A program made the translations under genes and the position numbers. Of a stretch of DNA of 27,843 nt, positions 24,032-27,843 are shown piece after piece. Position 1 is the first letter of the stretch. Each line of letters opens with the position of its first letter. Under the pieces are notes generated by a model. That model was not told the DNA's origin. It ran no database searches and worked only from the letters and a program-made list of their open reading frames with translations. The stretch is from IMG/VR virus record IMGVR_UViG_3300020042_007277, positions 1-27,843 of that record; one strand, written 5' to 3'. The DNA is from a virus. Its lineage: Duplodnaviria; Caudoviricetes.

Positions 24032-26614
24032 ATGGCAATTTCAGACCAAGACATATTTGATTATTTTGCAGGACTTGACCAAGAGCAGTTGCAGTCTGGT
24101 GCGCTTGATCAACAAATTGCAAACGATATGGGGACATATAGTGTGTCCGCTGAAGATATTGCTCGTGCTACGGGAGTTGACGCTGGCGATGTGCAGTCAC
24201 GCTATGAAGCTGTTACTGGTGGTGGTGGACTAGACGCGGTTAGCCTTGATACTGGAACTACAGGGGTTGATACCGGCACTACAGGGGTTGATACAACAGG
24301 CGGCTTGAGCACCCTTAACACTACAGGCTCAACTACAGGCTCAACTACAGGCCTTGACACAACAATATTCACAACGCCATCTGTATACACACCACCAGTA
24401 ACAACATCAATTGACGACATAGGATCCCTTGATCCTAATTACACACCCGTCGCAGATACTTTAAGCAACGTAGGCGCAACTACAGGCGCAACTACAGGCG
24501 CAACTACAGGCGCAACTACAGGCTCCACGACCGCAGATACGACAACCGCAAGATTTGGTAACCAAGATTACACTTTGAGCAACGCGGACGTTAATAACGT
24601 GTACAACCAAATTGTTGGTCAAGGCACAATGAGCAAATGGACCGGCGAGGGTTTTGGTTCTGCAGACGCCAACGCGCGCAAAATGGCCGAGAACTTGGTG
24701 GCCTCTAATGTTACAGACATTAACCAGATTGGTCAAAAAGAAGTTGTAAATCCCGGTTACTACACAAGCACCGAGCAAGGCGATTACTGGAACCCCGAAA
24801 CCAAAACAACAGTTTTATACAACAAAGCCACAGGTGAACCATTAGTCAACGACTACGGCGAACGCGGCGGTGTTGGTAACGCTTTCTCCGGCACATACAC
24901 AGGTGAGGGCAACACGGCGTACAACGTTGGTTTTAATGATGAAGGCAAGCCTATTCTGTACACCTCAGGCGCGTCCAGTGCTGATGACCTGAGTGGATTG
25001 CAGACCATGTTGTCTCTGGCGTCTTTTGTGCCCGGACTAGCCCCGTTTGCGCAAGGGGCAAACGCACTCATTTCTGCGGGCCAAGGTAACTACGCCGGCG
25101 CCGCACTTGGTGCACTTGGTGCGGCGGGGTCCGCGGGTTTTACAGACATTGCTGGTATTCCGATTAACGACGCTAGGAATCTTGTTGGTGGTTTAAACGC
25201 GATTAAAACAGGCAACGTGACGGGGCTTTTAAACTCCGCGGCCGGTTATGCCGGCGCCAGTTTGCCCGCAGAGGTTCGCACAGGTTTAACACTGGCCAAC
25301 GCGGCCACGTCGTTTGCTAATAATGACTTTGCGGGTGTGGCAGACGCCGCGGCCTCGTTGACTGGTAGCAGTGACGCTAAACTGGCCGCGTCTGCTTTGC
25401 GCATGACACAGGCGTTTGATCAGTTCACTAAAACGGGCGACATTTCTGGTGTGGCTAATGCCGCAAAAACTTTTAACAACGCGGCCAACGCGGCCAACAA
25501 AGACAACACAGCGTTTACAGCGTTTAAAGACGTTATTGCGGCCGGTGGTTCACCAGAAGAGGCACTAGCCGCTTCTAACCAATTTGACACCGCACTGGCA
25601 GGTGTTAAACCTACAGACTTGAAACAAGACATTACTGTTTCAAATGAAGCAGAAAATATTATTAACCAAGTTGCGGGCATCCAACCAGACCAGCTTGCTT
25701 TTGCTGGCGCTGTGCCGGCCCTTGGTAGTGCCGCCGCCGCAGAGACTGCAGTCTTAATGCAACGTCTGGCCGCAACACCCGCGGGTCAAACGGCGTTGCG
25801 TGAGGCCGCCAACGTAAGCACAAAGGTGCGCGATGCTTTGATTGCTACGGGTGTTTTTGGAAGCGCGGGCGTTGCGTCGTTTATGCAGGGCGCCTCTTTG
25901 GTGCCTGAAAAATTAGAAACAAAAACAAGCACACAGAATTCAGATTTAGTCAACCAGATCCCAACTGGCTACACACCGCCAACACAACGTACGGGTGTTA
26001 TAACAACGCCCGGCGTGACAGACGCGGGAGAGTTAACTGTTACTGGAACAAGACCAGCCAACATTAGCGCGCTAGAAGGTTTGACCAACACCGGCCTAAC
26101 AGGCAACCAATACAACGAAGCAGGAGAGTTGTTGATTGGTGGTGAGGTGTACACCCCCGGCGCCGCAACAGACCAAGTGTCCGCGGAAGTTGCTGGTGTG
26201 GCACAACGCTTGGGTATATCTAACGCCGAAGCTTTGACAATGCAACAAACAAACCCCGGTTTGTTTAATCAGTACAATCTTTACGACGGCGAGGGGGTGT
26301 TTACACCAGCTAACCCAGAGACAATGCGTTCGACTGATTTAATTCAGGGTCGCGCAGGTGGTGCAGACGACAACATTGTTATTAGCACCGGCTCTAATAC
26401 AGCAACAACGTTTGCCCCTGCACCCGCTCCGGCACCTGCACCTGCACCTGCACCTGCCCCTGCACCCGCGCCGGCACCCTCGCGTGCGGCTACCTCTGGC
26501 AGGATCTGGTTAAGTTTTGCGTTTTGTGCGGCAAACAAACCACCCAAGGCTGTTTGTTTGTTGGGGTCGCCGTTGGCCAAAAAGGGGTTGGCCGCGCCAG
26601 ACGCAACGCTTTGA
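24032..26614 (+). CDS. Large putative internal virion/ejection protein; native sequence probably only up to about 26479
   Basis: Thr/Gly/Ala-rich with a hydrophobic Gly/Ala helical region (SLASFVPGLAPFA...GAALGALGAAG). After the (AP)11 repeat the frame reads the antisense of a minus-strand gene. Confidence 0.7.
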   Translation: MAISDQDIFDYFAGLDQEQLQSGALDQQIANDMGTYSVSAEDIARATGVDAGDVQSRYEAVTGGGGLDAVSLDTGTTGVDTGTTGVDTTGGLSTLNTTGSTTGSTTGLDTTIFTTPSVYTPPVTTSIDDIGSLDPNYTPVADTLSNVGATTGATTGATTGATTGSTTADTTTARFGNQDYTLSNADVNNVYNQIVGQGTMSKWTGEGFGSADANARKMAENLVASNVTDINQIGQKEVVNPGYYTSTEQGDYWNPETKTTVLYNKATGEPLVNDYGERGGVGNAFSGTYTGEGNTAYNVGFNDEGKPILYTSGASSADDLSGLQTMLSLASFVPGLAPFAQGANALISAGQGNYAGAALGALGAAGSAGFTDIAGIPINDARNLVGGLNAIKTGNVTGLLNSAAGYAGASLPAEVRTGLTLANAATSFANNDFAGVADAAASLTGSSDAKLAASALRMTQAFDQFTKTGDISGVANAAKTFNNAANAANKDNTAFTAFKDVIAAGGSPEEALAASNQFDTALAGVKPTDLKQDITVSNEAENIINQVAGIQPDQLAFAGAVPALGSAAAAETAVLMQRLAATPAGQTALREAANVSTKVRDALIATGVFGSAGVASFMQGASLVPEKLETKTSTQNSDLVNQIPTGYTPPTQRTGVITTPGVTDAGELTVTGTRPANISALEGLTNTGLTGNQYNEAGELLIGGEVYTPGAATDQVSAEVAGVAQRLGISNAEALTMQQTNPGLFNQYNLYDGEGVFTPANPETMRSTDLIQGRAGGADDNIVISTGSNTATTFAPAPAPAPAPAPAPAPAPAPAPSRAATSGRIWLSFAFCAANKPPKAVCLLGSPLAKKGLAAPDATL
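24248..24349 (+). repeat. Coding tandem repeats: 21-bp x2 (DTGTTGV) and 12-bp x2 (GSTT)
   Basis: gatactggaactacaggggtt / gataccggcactacaggggtt at 24248-24289; ggctcaactaca x2 at 24326-24349. Confidence 0.85.
24473..24520 (+). repeat. Perfect 12-bp tandem repeat x4 encoding (Gly-Ala-Thr-Thr)4
   Basis: ggcgcaactaca repeated four times in frame. Confidence 0.95.
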
Positions 26615-27168
26615 AGCGTGTTTATGGCGGTCATAAACGGGTTAGAAGTAGTTGGTAGTCCACCTTGTGGTGGTGAAACAGCGTAGTCACCACCGGGAGG
26701 CATAGCACCCGTATTGCCTCCAAACTGGCCACTACCGGCCAAGAAGTCAGCCTTTGCTTTCTCCATGTCTGTGCCGGGAGCATAAAGAGCCATAGAACTA
26801 AATTGTTTCCAATCATCTTCTGTTCTTGGAGCTCGACTAGCTGGCAACGTTGCCAGTGGGCCACCAAAGTCATTGCCCGTGTAGGCCACACCGGGGCCAG
26901 CACCCATAGTAGGTCGTTGGACTTGAGGGCCGCCATAGTTATTTACATCGGGGCCAAACCCTCCGCCGCTGTTGGGTGGTTGCATGCCGTAAGTCTGTGT
27001 GCTTGGGGTGCCAAACAGGTCCTTGCTCATGCTTGCGGTGGCCGTGCTACTAAACGGCGTCGCAGAATTGTAGACCGAAGCGCCTTTTGTGGCAATGTCC
27101 TTTTGTGCGTCGCTAAACCACGTTGGTAGTGTTGCTGATGTGGTTACACTGGTGTCAAAAACGCTCAT
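26344..27168 (-). CDS. Putative ejection/internal virion protein, probably 3' truncated near 26475
   Basis: ATGA-coupled to the upstream minus-strand gene. MSVFDTSVTTSATLPTWF N-terminus, Gly/Pro-rich. The tail after AREG reads the antisense of the + gene. Confidence 0.7.
   Translation of the reverse strand: MSVFDTSVTTSATLPTWFSDAQKDIATKGASVYNSATPFSSTATASMSKDLFGTPSTQTYGMQPPNSGGGFGPDVNNYGGPQVQRPTMGAGPGVAYTGNDFGGPLATLPASRAPRTEDDWKQFSSMALYAPGTDMEKAKADFLAGSGQFGGNTGAMPPGGDYAVSPPQGGLPTTSNPFMTAINTLQSVASGAANPFLANGDPNKQTALGGLFAAQNAKLNQILPEVAAREGAGAGAGAGAGAGAGAGAGAGANVVAVLEPVLITMLSSAPPARP
26414..26479 (+). repeat. 6-bp degenerate repeat x11 encoding (Ala-Pro)11 on + and (Gly-Ala)n on -
   Basis: gcn-ccn x11; the coding strand switches at its right edge. 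Confidence 0.95.
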
Positions 27169-27843
27169 TTTCTTCTTCCTTTCATGTGCACACTAGACAG
27201 GTATTCTAGCGGGCCCTTGCTTTCTGGGGGTAGTTGGTCGGGCGCGTTAGAGTGCTTGTGCGCCCGAATTGTTTTAATAAATTGGTCCAGAATGTCTGCA
27301 CCGGAGTCACTGGAGCCGTTACCCAAAGCAGACACAACGTCCGCAGGCAACACGAATTCGCTGTTGGCCACCATGGCGGGGATCTGGTCTGACGTACCAT
27401 CCCCACGGCCTTGGATGTAGGTTGTTCCTGCGCCGCCCTCAGAGTAGAACTCTGGTTGGCCCATGGGGTGCTGTGGCACCATGCCGCCTTCGGCAAAACT
27501 AAAATAATCAAACAGGCTCACTCCGGGGTCCTTTTCATTTTTACCTTGTTGCTCTTCTCTATCCTTTGTAGCCTTTTCTTCCATCTGTGTCAAGCTTGTG
27601 TTTGAACTTGTTTCAGGGGTTGGCACTCCGGCTAAACGGAAAAGCAAGGGGTTCAAGAGTGGTGTGTCTTCTGCTACCTTTTTATACGAGAACGTTGTGT
27701 CCGCGCCAAGGAAGGGGGTGGGGCTTAATGATCCCTGTGTTGTTTTTCTCGGCACCGGCGTTACAGGTGTAGGCGTTACAGGTGTAGGCGTTACAGGTGT
27801 AGGCGTTACAGGTGTAGGCGTTACAGGTGTAGGCGTTACAGGT
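27165..27843 (-). CDS. C-terminal part of a virion protein with a GDGTSD.IPA...EFV domain (open to the window edge)
   Basis: Frame stays open through the (PVTPT)n repeat to the window end, so GTG 27755 is probably not the start. Contains FAEGG, YSEGG and GRGDGTSDQIPAMVANSEFVLPADVVSALGNGSSDSGA. Confidence 0.8.
   Translation of the reverse strand, partial: PVTPTPVTPTPVTPTPVTPTPVTPTPVTPVPRKTTQGSLSPTPFLGADTTFSYKKVAEDTPLLNPLLFRLAGVPTPETSSNTSLTQMEEKATKDREEQQGKNEKDPGVSLFDYFSFAEGGMVPQHPMGQPEFYSEGGAGTTYIQGRGDGTSDQIPAMVANSEFVLPADVVSALGNGSSDSGADILDQFIKTIRAHKHSNAPDQLPPESKGPLEYLSSVHMKGRRK
27757..27843 (-). repeat. Perfect 15-bp tandem repeat (at least 5.8 copies) encoding (PVTPT)n, running off the window end
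   Basis: ggcgttacaggtgta units start at 27757, 27772, 27787, 27802, 27817 and 27832 (partial). Confidence 0.95.

Noticed and set aside
26480-26614. Hydrophobic Cys-containing C-terminal tail of the 860-aa ORF as a real domain
   Set aside because: It is the antisense reading of the minus-strand gene past the strand-switch junction, and its composition differs from the rest of the protein.
27757-27843. 15-bp direct repeats as a CRISPR array
   Set aside because: Units are contiguous with no spacers, are too short, and lie in an open frame encoding PVTPT.
1-27843. Stop-codon reassignment, introns/inteins, tRNA genes or integrase
   Set aside because: Genes tile densely under the standard code, terminase, portal and capsid appear uninterrupted, and no cloverleaf or recombinase motif was recognised by eye.

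Overview
Virion morphogenesis and lysis region of a tailed dsDNA phage with a P22-like/podovirus layout (no tape measure or sheath gene seen). It resembles uncultured aquatic phages of proteobacteria; the host cannot be determined from this window. Order on +: terminase large subunit (5' truncated), small ORF, 542-aa unknown, portal, small ORFs, GroES-like co-chaperonin, putative scaffold, minor and major capsid, structural ORFs, a membrane-protein-rich lysis cassette ending in a GH24 lysozyme, four tiny Lys-rich proteins (two missing from the ORF track), head-tail connector, tail fibres and chaperone, adaptor and nozzle, then a large low-complexity putative ejection protein. Main signals: (1) a bipartite 39-nt motif, GGGCRY-N12-WTRTGKGTRMTT-N3-TRTARG, occurs five times with identical spacing, each at the head of a late gene block, and is probably a phage-specific promoter; (2) a pseudoknotted structured RNA lies downstream of the major capsid gene; (3) a recurrent [FYLK]xxGG peptide motif is shared by several unrelated head/ejection proteins; (4) coding switches strand abruptly inside a Pro-Ala repeat near 26480, which looks like an inversion or chimeric join splitting the ejection-protein operon. 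All product calls come from motif recognition and synteny, not database searches.
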